Assembly (NCBI GenBank): GCA_000826855.1
Contig: JTLS01000047.1
Span: 1 to 37,905 of the forward strand
Reading direction: 5' to 3'
Length of the DNA stretch: 37,905 nucleotides
DNA from: Basidioascus undulatus
Taxonomy: Eukaryota
Every line of letters begins with the position of its first letter. The stretch's first letter is position 1. Under the pieces are notes generated by a model, which saw only the letters and a list, made by a program, of their open reading frames with translations, ran no database searches and had not been told where the DNA came from. Made by a program: the position numbers and the translations under genes. This document shows positions 1 to 10,987 of the stretch, piece by piece.

Positions 1-2060
1 GCCGGAAGAGGGAGAGGAGGATAAAGGAGCGCACGGACTGGGGAGGATGACGAGTAGGCAAAGGGCGCGGACGATGCCGATAAAGGTGAGGAATGCGCCG
101 AGCTGCGCAGGGCCACGTCACGTCAGATTGGAGGAGGAAGAAAGAGGTGGAGTGACGCACCTCCCGCACCCCCCAATTGAACCTGAACTTCCCATACAAG
201 AACTTCATCGACATCGCGCCCTGTCCATCGCCCCGCCAACCCTGCATCAGCCTTCCTCCTTCGCCCCCTCTCCTCCCCTCTCCTCCCCTCACGCGAGCAA
301 CGCACCATATTAACGACCATCAGCGCATAAACGACCGCCGCCCAAGTCAGGTTCCAATTCCTGCTCCCCCGCCCCTCCCTATCCTTCGGCATAAAGATCC
401 CCAACGGCCTCAGAAAAGCGCACGTCCTCCTCCCCATCCTCTTCCCCTTGCCCGCCCAGCTCCTGCGTCTCCCCTCCAGCCCCACCCCACTGCCGAAACT
501 CCACCCACTCTCCCCGCCTTCAGCTTCCGCCTCAGCCTCGATCTCGCTCGCCTCCCGCGCCGCACGCCGGGCGGCCGAGGCGGCGTGCTCGGACTGCAGC
601 TGCGCGCGGCGGAAGGGGGAGAGCGACTCGGGGAGGAGGAGCAGGGAGAGGAGGAAGAAGGAGAGCGAGATTAAGATGGAGAGGTAGAAGATTGTGAGGA
701 CGGAGTGGGTGGCGGAGGTGAGGAAGGCGGAGAGGGACGGGCCGACGGCGATGCCGGCGAACATGAGCCCTGCGCGCCGGGTGTTCAGTGCGAGGGATCA
801 TACAAGAACCAGGGGGAGGCGGCGCACCCGTCGACTGTGCGAAGACGTTTGCGCGCGAGCCTGTGTCGGTGCAGTCTGCGATGTACCTGTCCCCCCCATC
901 CCGCCTCCCAATCAGTTTGGTTCTCGCTCTCTTCGCGGATGGCGACTCACGCATGCGCCAGCGCGCTCATCGTACTCTGCCCGCCCGCGACGCCGACGAC
1001 GACGGCGCCGAGGACGAGGAAGTCGGGCCCGCCGGGGACGGCGTGCGGGTGGTGCGCGACGAGGAGGGTCACTATGTCCGAGAGGAGCGCGGCGACCATC
1101 GTTAGGGCGATGACGGGTTTCTGTGCACCCAGCGGGCTATCAATTTCACGTTCTGGGTAGCATTGGAAGAGAAAGGAGGAAAAATTGAAGGGAAGGAAAT
1201 ACGCACCCTCCCGATCCGGTCGGACAGCGCGCCCCAGTACCCCGTCGTGATGCACGACAGGACGCCGATGATGAGCGTGAGCGCGGTCGAGAGCGCGGCG
1301 ACGCGCTGCTGGACTTCGGGGATGCGGTCGCACATCTTTGGGTTCGGCAAATCAGGCGTCGTCGTCCACTCCCCCTCCTCACCTACACCCTCGCCCGCCA
1401 GGAACGACAGCGGGAGGAGGTCCGCCGCGGGGCTGTGGGGGAACGCGTGCGGCGCGGGGAGCCAGGGCGGGTTGGGCGGATCGGCGTGTGGGTGTGCGGG
1501 GTGCGGGAGCGGCGAGGAGATGGGCGAGGGTTGGTGCGTGCGCAGGTAGGAGGCGCAGACGAGCTGCAAAGGGGGGAGGGGAGGGTTAGTCAGGCACCGA
1601 GAAAGGAAGGGGGATCGCGCGAACCTGCGTCCGGAGTTCGACTGTGGGCGCCATCACCGCTCCGACTGCGGTCGCGCTGATGAACCAGAACGGGGCGAGC
1701 CTGTCCGTGCCCACACACCCCGTTCAGCCTTATCTCCCAGCTGCCCCATCCTCCCCGAGCACACCCCTCACAGACGCACCAAAGCAATTTCGGCCTCTTC
1801 CACGCCTCCTCGTCCTCCCTCTCGCTCTCCCCTTCCCCATCCTGCTCTCCCGACTCCCCGCCCTCCCCCTCCTCCCTCGTCCCCGACTTGCCCAGCTCCG
1901 GTTCCGGCGAGCACGCGCGCGAGTGGTCGGGCGTGAGGAGCGCCGCGTCGGCAAGGGAAGGGAGCGTATCCACGCCCTCGCCCGGGAGCGTCGGGGGCGC
2001 GGGGGACGGCGTGCGGCGGCAGTGGTGGTGGTGCGGATGGTGCGATGGGGTCGGCGCCAT
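1..2060 (-). CDS. MFS transporter (TetA/SLC46-like fungal family), multi-exon, 3' end runs off the window
   Basis: ATG at 2060 (MAPTPSHH...). Spliced pieces read ...KLLW|LAPFWFISATAVGAVMAPTVELRTQ|LVC...LTLIIGVLSCITTGYWGALSDRIGR|KPVI...|YIADCTDTGSRANVF...|LMFAGIAVGPSL...LLLPESL. MFS motif A (GALSDRIGRK), the YIAD and PESL motifs and hydrophobic helices are present. At least 8 GT-AG introns. Confidence 0.9.
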
Positions 2061-3510
2061 GGTGTGCGAGCAAGCGAGCGAGCTGATAGCGTCTGTCTTG
2101 TGCGTGTGTGCCTGCTGCGCGCTTGCTATACCTCGGTCGTTCAGGGCTCGAGACCAACAACATATGTCCTCGGCCCGTCGTCTAGAAGAATTCGAGAGAG
2201 AAAGAGAAAGAGTGTCGCGGACTGGAGCGGGCGGGGAGCAGTGAGCGTGTATCGGGGAGCAGGACGAGGAGCATGTGCGTCTGTCGTTGCCTTGCCGATC
2301 TTGAGCTCCCTGCGCGGCGCCGCGGCATGACGGCACGCTTCGGTGTGATTGCGCAAATGCACTGATAAAGTTATCAATGCGCACCATACGCAACACGATA
2401 CCGACAGAGACACACGCGGGCTCAGGAGACGGCAGGCTAAAGCGTCATTGTGTAGACGGGATGTGGGCGGAGGGTGGGAGCAAGTGGGAGGTGAAGGAGG
2501 AGGAACATTCGACGGAGCTGAAGCCAGTTCCAGGAACATCCTAGGCTCCGGGTGCCGGATATTTGGACTTGATGTGCGAATCGGTTTTGGAGGCTGGGAA
2601 CAAGACCTTGGATAAGGCGGTCTGCAATTGTGATTTGCCCGTAGGCTTTCAACTTAGTCGGCAGACAAACGGGTTCGAAACCGACCGACAGCTTGCTGCT
2701 CTGACCTTGCCTGGCACTTAATCCCAAAGCTGTGTACAGTCCTTCACGTGGTATGAGATCAAGCCTGAGAGACTCCCACGGGCTGCTTGCAATGCCACAG
2801 TCCCTGCCTATTGCTAAGCAGGTGTGTTGCCAGCTCTGTGGTGTTAGCGGTTAAGCTGTCTCCAACTTGCAGGTCGGTCTTCCTGTCGGTCGCGGCAGCG
2901 TCCGGCGTCCTCACCTCGTTCATCATTGAGTCCAGAATTCTTTTTTTTTGGGCATAACTTGTTGTTCTGAGCAGAATGATTGCTCAGGCCACTTATAGGC
3001 ATTTTTGCGAGGATTGGACTCCAAGCCTGCATTGCTGAGGAAGGCGACTTCCGTTGTATGTTGCATGTTGCACGTCTCCGTTGAGCGTGGAGCGTTGGTC
3101 GATGTCTCCAGCTGCATCACCTTTACCTTCAGAGACCAAATGAATTGCCCCAACCGCCTTTATCCCAATAATAATCCCAGCCCAGTCTTCCTCTGCCCCT
3201 GCGGATCGGTTCCACACTCCGGAGGACTGCGGCAAACCGGAACTGCCCCAGAGGTGTCCAGTGTACGGCTACGAGCCCGGATAGCACATCGAGTATTTAG
3301 GAACGAAAATATACCGTAAGGATACTTCGCCAACCCGGCCACGCCATACGCGGAACGTGACGACACTCGCGGAGGAGGACAGTCCTCCCGTGCTGACGCA
3401 GGCCGCCCATCGATTCCCACCACATTCTCCCCTCCCAGGACCTCGACCAGCGCACCGTTCTTGCTTACCCCCTCCTAGAACCTTTGAGGGCACAGGTCAA
3501 GTCCTCGAAC

Positions 3511-4095
3511 ATGACCTCCCCAAGCATTCCCGTCGAGCTTCTACACCGCATCGTCGAGCTCGCCGCTGAGCCACCGCATCCGCTCGCGTACACCAGCGAT
3601 TGGTCAATGCTCGCATCACTCTTCCTCGTCTCCCGATCGATGCTTCCTATCGCTCAAAAGCGTCTCTACAGCTCGATAGTCATATCGAGGGGTCATGGAC
3701 TGTATACACTTATGCAAGCGCTTCAAAGCAACCCTGCGCCTCCGATGATACGTTCGCTAGCGTTTCCACGCTTCAAACGCGATCACCAGTCATGGTACCT
3801 GTACCCAATGGGCATAGTTCCATATCTCGTTTCGGGCCTCAAGCACCTTGCCGCGGACCTCCGCCATTGCAACGTCGATTGGAGATCGGGTTCCGGGACA
3901 GCAATCTTGATGATGCAGCGCAGGGGGTGCCGCCCAGCGCGTCTCTACCAGCGCTCACCCATCTTGGGGCAATGTTTTGGCAGGGCTTGGGCTTCGGCGA
4001 CGTGGCCGTCACACTATGAGTCTTCCCTTCCCTTCCCTTATCACTTCTACTCAGCTTTCTCCATCCCGCTAACATCTACTCATATTTTAAAATGA
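3511..4095 (+). pseudogene. F-box-like (F-box/LRR-type) lineage-specific gene, probably degenerate
   Basis: MTSPSIPVELLHRIVELAAEPPHPLAY...LASLFLVSRSMLPIAQKRLYSSIVI fits the basidiomycete F-box-like pattern (LPxELLxxI...LxLVSRx...AQxxLY). Downstream LRR-like text (LPALTHLGAMFW) lies in another frame, suggesting a frameshift. The 3' structure is unresolved. Confidence 0.5.
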
Positions 4096-6369
4096 ATATT
4101 TATATTTTCCCATACACAGTACCGCGCTGCTCGCCTGCACGCCTTCTTCACCCACCCCGGCCACCCTCAACCTCCGACGCCCGAGGCCAAAGCGGCTCCG
4201 TCGGCGTGTTCCACCCCCAGGCGTCGTGCTTGCTCGACTGTCGACCGCGTCCTCCGCCGCGTAGACGTATGCGACATTGGGCATGTCTGCTATGAACCGG
4301 AGTCTGGAGGGGTGCGTCCCTTCCCCCTCCTCCTTACCTCTCCTCTCCTCCCCTCGCCTGTCCTGTCCTGTCTTCGTTATCAGAATGCCTCTGCTCACGC
4401 GCTTCGGCTCTCAGTGTTTTACGCCCGAGACGACGGGAAGCATTACTCGGGACATGCAATGATTGATGAGCCAGTGGTGTATGTGAGCAGCATGCCTTGT
4501 GCACATGCGCTGGAAGCTGGAAGACACCAGGCAGCGAACTAGACGTCTCTGACTGAAACGACGACGACGGAAAGTCTCGTATCCGAATACTACCCTCCCT
4601 GAAAACCCATCAAGAACTACACTGTTTATGCCGAGCCGGTTCAACCGACAGGATGACCATCCCATTGCATTGTGCCGTCCGCCCCGGTGCGACGCGTCTC
4701 GCTTCTTCCACTGCTCGCCGTGGGTGAATGTCTACAGGGAACCAGGGCCTGTCCACTCCAAATCGAGGACATGCAAGATCCGCCTTTGTCAGTTTAGATT
4801 ACCTGTTGCAAGAACCGTGAACTGTGACAAGGCATGTCAGAATCTCGTGGTAGCTGCTACGCTCGTGGGTCGGAACGTCCCGTTACTTACACGTATTCAG
4901 GCGGTTGAGATTCCACAGTTGCACTGTGGGCTTTTTAGCAGCCAGGGCTGTATGCTTCTCTGGGGCTTTTCATGAATGGGACGTCGCAAAGAGGGAGACA
5001 GTTGCATTGGTTGGGGTGCCGGCGGTGACAGGGTAAGATGGCCGGTTGAATAAATGTGTTTGTACAGGCTTATGAGACTGGCTAAGAGCTCTACAAGTAA
5101 CCTTAGAAAGACAATGGGGCTCGTTGGAGTTAGTTGGAGAAGGGAAAGAAAGGTCCGAGGTCGTTCTGCCGAGAGTCGAGAGACTGCTCCCATCTCGCAT
5201 TGCGTAGTTTACGGAATGACTGTTCATCCAGGTTCAGCCCAGTCATTTGGTGGTCCGGCTGTCTTCATGATTTGATCAGCTCACACTGGCGGCTCGAAGG
5301 TGAGGCTGGGTGCGGTCAATGCAGTGAGACGGCGCTGTTTAAGCTGAACATCACATATCCCAGGTCGCTGAATTCCCAGCCAAGATGCTGAAGCCGGATC
5401 TGAGTGTCCAGGAAGATATTTCTTAAAGGACGCGAGGGTATTTCACATAAACATGAGGTGAGAACACCACCGACATGAAAACGCTGCAGGTAGTCGGCAG
5501 CTCCCTACCGTTTCTTCGAGATAACAATCAGCTTGATGGAATCCATCAGAAAGCTGTAGAGTCTTTCCAAAATATACCACTTTTCAGTCCGAAATGATTG
5601 CATCGAAGGTCTTTCCAACGCAATCCGGCCTCGCACTGCAGAACTGGGTCTGCGCAGGCAGCTAGAGCAAGCAGCCGAGCCGCTCGCTGGTAGTTGCGGT
5701 AGTCCAAGGCCCATCTTCCCCATACCTGAAATCACCGACTTGTATGAGATAGATACTACTGTTCTTGAAGGCGCACAATTAACGGCGTGTGAAGGCCGCC
5801 GCAAGTGCACTCGAAGACGCTCAAACGGCCGCGGTCAGCGAGTGGTCAGCGTCATCGTCATGGCTTCTACAACACGTCTGCCGCTTATGGACTTCTGGAA
5901 CCCAAGTCTGCACCTTGTGCCGGTAGTATAGGAACGATCTCTGAGAGATGAGCTCATGGACTCCACGGAGCCAGTCTGGCAGTGCAGTGAGCTGCGGACT
6001 TCGCGGAGCGGCGGTCTGCCTGCAGCCGATACTTGCAATGCAGACCTTCATGGTCACTTACAGTGTCAGCCCGCTATCCAACCCTTTGAAATTTACCGAC
6101 GTTGTAACAGGCAATAAATGACCTTCTACCGGGTCCACGGTGATCGTTCCTGAGAGGAACACGGCGGAACATGTGCCATCAGATCTGCAGATCACCTTCC
6201 ATACCACCGCTCCCGACGACTTTGAGGACTCATCGCAGCCCATTCGACAGCGTACATCGGTGTTTTCATGACCTCAAAACGGGCATACCGACCTCTGTAA
6301 CCCACTCTAGGAGGTGTTGCCATGAAAGTCGCAACGGACCGGCAGAAACCGAAGCCAAAGCGTGCTCGC

Positions 6370-6377
6370 TGATTGGT
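6370..6377 (-). promoter_or_regulatory. CCAAT box (Hap/CBC complex site) upstream of cytochrome c
   Basis: TGATTGGT about 165 nt upstream of the ATG, matching the TNATTGGT Hap2/3/4/5 consensus known from fungal cytochrome c promoters. Confidence 0.55.
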
Positions 6378-6538
6378 TCGGCGAAAGACGGAAGAGACTC
6401 CACGATCTTCGGCCGCGGCTCAGTCTAAATGCCAACAATCCCCTCCCCTCGCTCTTCTCTCTTCGCCTCATCCACACTCCTCCTCCGCGTCTTCTCTCTT
6501 CGCTTTCACTTATCCTTCTTCGACTCGAACTGAAAAAA

Positions 6539-7467
6539 ATGGGCTTCAAGGCTGGTGACGCATCCAAGGGCGCTTCGCTCTTTAAGACCCGCTGCGCGCA
6601 GTGCCACACCGTCGGCTCTGGTCCGTCCCCTTCCCTTGTCCCTTCTCTTGATGTGTTTGCGGGATCCTGAACCGGGTTTGGTGCAACAGGCGAGCCCAAC
6701 AAGGCACGCTTCCTCCTTCCTGCGTTTATTCATCCCTACCCAAACGTATACTGACTGTCGTGGTCGCTCGCTCTTCCTTCTGCCCTCCCAATCGCCCCTC
6801 CTCGCCGCCGATCCTCGCGTGCCCGCCATCTCCGAACTGCCCGCTCGTCACTAACAGGTCGGCCCTAATCTCCACGGCCTCTTGTGCGTCCCTTCCGAGC
6901 TTGTGTTTGCAACCGCGCCCGCTGACGTGCTTGTTTTGTGGCGTGTTCAGCGGCCGCAAGTCCGGTCAGGTCCCCGGCTTCTCCTACACCCCCGCCAACG
7001 TCAACAAGGGCGTCACCTGGTGAGTTCCCTGATTTCGCAGGGAGCGGCCGAGACGGGAGCGAAGGATCGTGGCGGGCAGTGGTGGTGATCGTGGTCGCAG
7101 GGCCCGCGTCCACCTCTCCCCCGTCTCGGTGGTTCGCGTACCCCTCACTTCGTAGAGCTGCGTACTCATCCATATTCGTGGTCTACAGGGACGAGGAGAC
7201 CCTCTTCGAGTAGTGCGTACCGTCTTCTTTCTCCCCACCCACGCACGTCCCCGCTGACTTACGCTCCCCGCCGATCTCCAGCCTCGAGAACCCCAAGAAG
7301 TACATCCCCGGAACCAAGATGGCGTTCGCTGGCCTCAAGAAGGAGAAGGACCGCAACGACCTTATCACCTACCTCAAGGAGTCCACTGCGTGCGTCCTTC
7401 TCCCCCTATCCTCTTCGCCATCTATCATTCGCGCTGACTCGTGTGCTCGTCTTCCTCCTCCAGCTAA
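6539..7467 (+). CDS. CYC1: Cytochrome c, 108 aa, 7 exons
   Basis: Exons 6539-6620, 6690-6703, 6858-6883, 6951-7019, 7189-7212, 7282-7389 and 7464-7467 total 327 nt. They give [108 protein letters not shown], with the CxxCH haem motif and [11 protein letters not shown]. Confidence 0.98.
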
Positions 7468-8085
7468 ACGCTCTCCTTTTCCTCCTTAGTTCTGAACACC
7501 AATACAAATTCGCACTTGCATTCGTATGTAGACAAAAGACGGGCTCTTGTATTCATCCACTACTCTCACGGAACTTGCTGCGTGCGGAAGAGCGCACCGA
7601 TAAGAAGACCGCTCGAATCTTGCTTGAGCAACACCGTCAGCCGGCCGGAGACTCGCCTGCCCATGACCGCTGGAGATCGCTGGCAATGCTGTAGTGAGAG
7701 ACGCGTGGGAGACAGTTGTCTTTCCCGGTCGGGATGTCGCGCTCGTCCAAGATCTCTCGCCCTGCCTGTGCCTTCGGTTTCAATCTCCTCACCGATTCTG
7801 CCTCCGACTCGATCTGCCGGTGCTCTTGCCGTTAATGAACATTTGCAAGAGAATTGCCCGTGATGCGTGGGACGTTGTTGGAGCTGGAGGAAGGAAGGTG
7901 CTTGCGATCATAGTGACGCAATCTTCGCTCTGATAGCAGTCCCCTGCGCAGACCTTGATCACCTCCTCAACAACTCTTCTTCTCACCATTCCATATTCAC
8001 CCAACAACGACAGCATTAACAGATTCTTCACACATACACATACCGCATTTCCATCAAAACCCACCGTATACCCATCCAGCCGACG

Positions 8086-9270
8086 ATGCTGCCCTTCCTC
8101 CGCCCTCAGCACCTCCTCCGCGCCCAGCCCCGCGCGTTCTCCACCGTCTTACGCGTCCTCGCCCCAAGCAAGACGCTCTCCGACGGCCACGCAACGTACG
8201 ACAAGTCGCGCGACCCGTCCGCGCCGGCGGACACGCAGACGCAGTCGGTGCGCGGCGGGCAGGCGCAGCGCATCAACGCGCAAGGCGGGCAGCCCACGCT
8301 CGACGCCGCCTCTGCGGCGGGGGACGAGCCGATCCCTTCGTCCGAGAGCAAGGCTGAGCTCGGCGGCGCTGCGGCGGACCAGGTCGGCGGGCAGCGTGGC
8401 GGCTCGGCGCAGCAGGGCAAGGGCGAGAGTCGGGAGGCCGACGCGCCTAGGGCGGGCGACAGCGTCAAGCAGAAGCTTGGTCTGGGCACGGGATCGGGGG
8501 ACGTCAAGGGAAACCGCAGGGGGTTCGTGACGAGCGCGTGGGTCGCGGGAAAGTGCGTGCGGGAGCCGAAAGATGAGAACGTTGTCGGCGAGCAGGTGCG
8601 TTCTTTATACTCACTATCCAACAATCCAGTTCAGCTCTTCTGACAGCCCTCTATGTCTCAGAACCCGCACCCGCACCACAAGAGCGCCTCCTCGCCCAAT
8701 CCGTCTCCCGCCAAAGGGAACGCCGCCCCCTCTCCATCCCTCCCCTCCAAAGACCCCTCCAACGCCGCCCCTCCTCCCCCGCACCCGACAACCAATCAAC
8801 AAGTCCCGGACCCGCCCTCCGCGCTCGACTCCGTAAGCCCGAACACAGGCCTGAAGTCCCCCCCAGCGGGGTACGTCCACTCGCGCCCGTCCGAGACGGG
8901 TCAGAACGCAGGCACGTCGGCCTACCCTAACGACGAGCCGCCGTACACTACCGGCTACCCTTCGATCGACCCGAAGAACAGCGACCTCAAGCCCAGCGGG
9001 CAGACGGGCGGGAGCTCGGCTAGCGCGACGCTGCCAGTCGACGAGGTCGTCAGCGGCGTGCAGAAGACGACGGACCCGGACGCACTCGGAAGCTCGAACC
9101 GCGTCAGGAACACGTTTGCGCCTGGCGGGGAGGGGAGCTTTAAGGGGGAGAGGGAGGGACGCTTGAGGGGCTCCGACAGCGTCGAGCAGCCCAGGGAGCC
9201 GCTCAAGGACCGCGCGCCCCCGCCCCCGGGCACCCCGGGCGGGGTGGGCTGGACGCCAGGGAAGAACTAG
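8086..9270 (+). CDS. Hypothetical low-complexity hydrophilic protein with mitochondrial-type N-terminal presequence, 2 exons
   Basis: Exons 8086-8595 and 8662-9270 join in frame across a GTGCGT...CTGAC...CAG intron. The N-terminus MLPFLRPQHLLRAQPRAFSTVLRVLA is Arg-rich and acid-free; the rest is G/S/P/A/Q/D-rich. Confidence 0.75.
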
Positions 9271-10170
9271 ATGGATGAGGAGGGTAGGTAGTTTGTGAAG
9301 GCGGATGAGTGAACAAAGGACACGATTCATGATTGCTAATGTCTACTTTCTCGTGTGCGCTTGAACGTGGGTGGTTTGCCAGCGCATCAGGGAAAGGTCA
9401 GCGGTTACTCGTCTGTGAGACTGCGAGGCTACCACACTCTGCAGTCCGGGATGCCACGCAAAACTTATAGCAGCACCTTCCTAAGTTACAGACACCTAAC
9501 CCAGTGGAACCGCCCATGAGTGGCAGACAACGATGGCATGTCGGCGCTGTGAGAAGCTGCTGAGCACCAACGAGCACGTCAAACATTTCGGCACACACAA
9601 TGGCTTCATGAATTGGAAACGACCGAGAAAAGACTTTGAAGAGTTGCTTGAAGACTTAAATCCGCGTGCGTTGGATTGCATGCCATCCGCTGCAGTTGCC
9701 ACTGCGTGTTTCTGGCAGTCTCAGACCCGGGCCGGCTCTAAGAGCTTTGTAGCATCATTAATTTCCTTTCTCAGGCTTCAACATACGAACACCGTGAGAT
9801 CTCCAACAAGATACAACTGGAAGAAGCGGTGAATGTAAATGACTCATCGCGAAGCAGGCAGAAAGGGCAGACTTCGGGCCCCGGCAGCCGCTGCAGCCGG
9901 AGCCGCCCGAATGCAAGGCGGGAAGGTACGTCGATCAGAGCACCAACCGTGTCTTCGCCCATCTTCCTCCACGCTCAACAGTCACACGACCAGGGTGAGG
10001 GGGACATTGCGCAACGCAAGCCATTCAGTACTCTGAGATAATAAAGTTGGGCAGTGGCGAGGGCGATCAAGAGATACGAAAGACCTCTCCTGGTCTCCCA
10101 CATCTCACTCTCGAAAGTCCAGGACTCACCCCGCATCGAACGCTCACCACCAAAAGAAGGAACAACCAGC

Positions 10171-10987
10171 ATGCTCGTCGCATCCTTCGCACACCCTCGC
10201 GTCGCACTCTCCGCCTCCCCGCTCTCTACCCCGCCCTCTCCATTCCAGCTCGACTCGCATCCCCCGCATCGCGGGGCTACCCCCGCCGGTGGGGCGGCGG
10301 ATCTCGAGCCATCGCCGTCCGGTCCTCCTCGTGCGGTGCCCTGCGAGGACGTCCCCACCGCATCGGGCATCTTCCGGACCCTCCTCCTGCTCGACCCCGC
10401 GTTCAGCGGGACGGTGAAGCGCAGGGGAAGCGCGTCCTTTGCTGTGGAACTCCCAAGGTAAGCCTCTTGAGATTCTATATTTCCAAAACTGAGCTGATAA
10501 CCCGTCCATCACATAGCTGCAACGGGCTGTTTGGCGACCTGTCTGCGAACCAGCGGCTGCGGGACAGGACGCTCAAGGCTCTGCATGGGCTGCTGGACAC
10601 GCTGCGGGAGGAGAAGGTGAGCCTCTTTACTGACAATGGTTGCGCCAGTCGAATGCTGACATACCTCCCCCGAGTCAGATCTTCGCTACTTACCGTATCT
10701 ACCTCCGGGACGGATCGCTCGCCCTCATCCGGCCGGATGGGCTTGAGGGAGCGCAAAAGCGGCGCTCGAGCCTGTGTAGCATCAGCTCTGACGACGACGA
10801 GGGCGCGGAGGGTGCGGAGGAGGAGCTCGACCTGGATGAGCTAAGGCTCGAAAGGTGCGTCCGTCAATACTCCTTCAACGGTGGCTGCTCTTGTTCGGGG
10901 ACGCTGACTTGGTACTTCGCTTGGCACAGCGGTTCGGTTTGCATCGCTACACTGGAGAGCCGCCCAGCGCTCGTCCTCGCTGCTTGA
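10171..10987 (+). CDS. Hypothetical protein, 4 exons
   Basis: Exons 10171-10457, 10517-10616, 10679-10854 and 10930-10987 join in frame via GTAAGC, GTGAGC and GTGCGT donors with CTGA(T/C) branch points. Product MLVASFAHPR...TLKALHGLLDTLREEK|IFATYRIYLRDGSLALIRPDG...; no family recognised. Confidence 0.7.

Noticed and set aside
2966..2988. Short perfect hairpins (CTGAGCA/TGCTCAG here; CTTGAGT/ACTCAAG at 23821-23839)
   Set aside because: 7-bp stems are expected by chance in 38 kb, and there is no supporting context.
4600..6300. Short ORFs upstream of cytochrome c, and likewise at 11200-12300
   Set aside because: No recognisable domains, consistent splice pattern, terminal repeats or target-site duplications.
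6357..6376. HapX bipartite motif (CSAAT-N12-RWT) at the cytochrome c CCAAT box
   Set aside because: The bases at the expected position read TTT, not RWT, so only the plain CCAAT box is supported.
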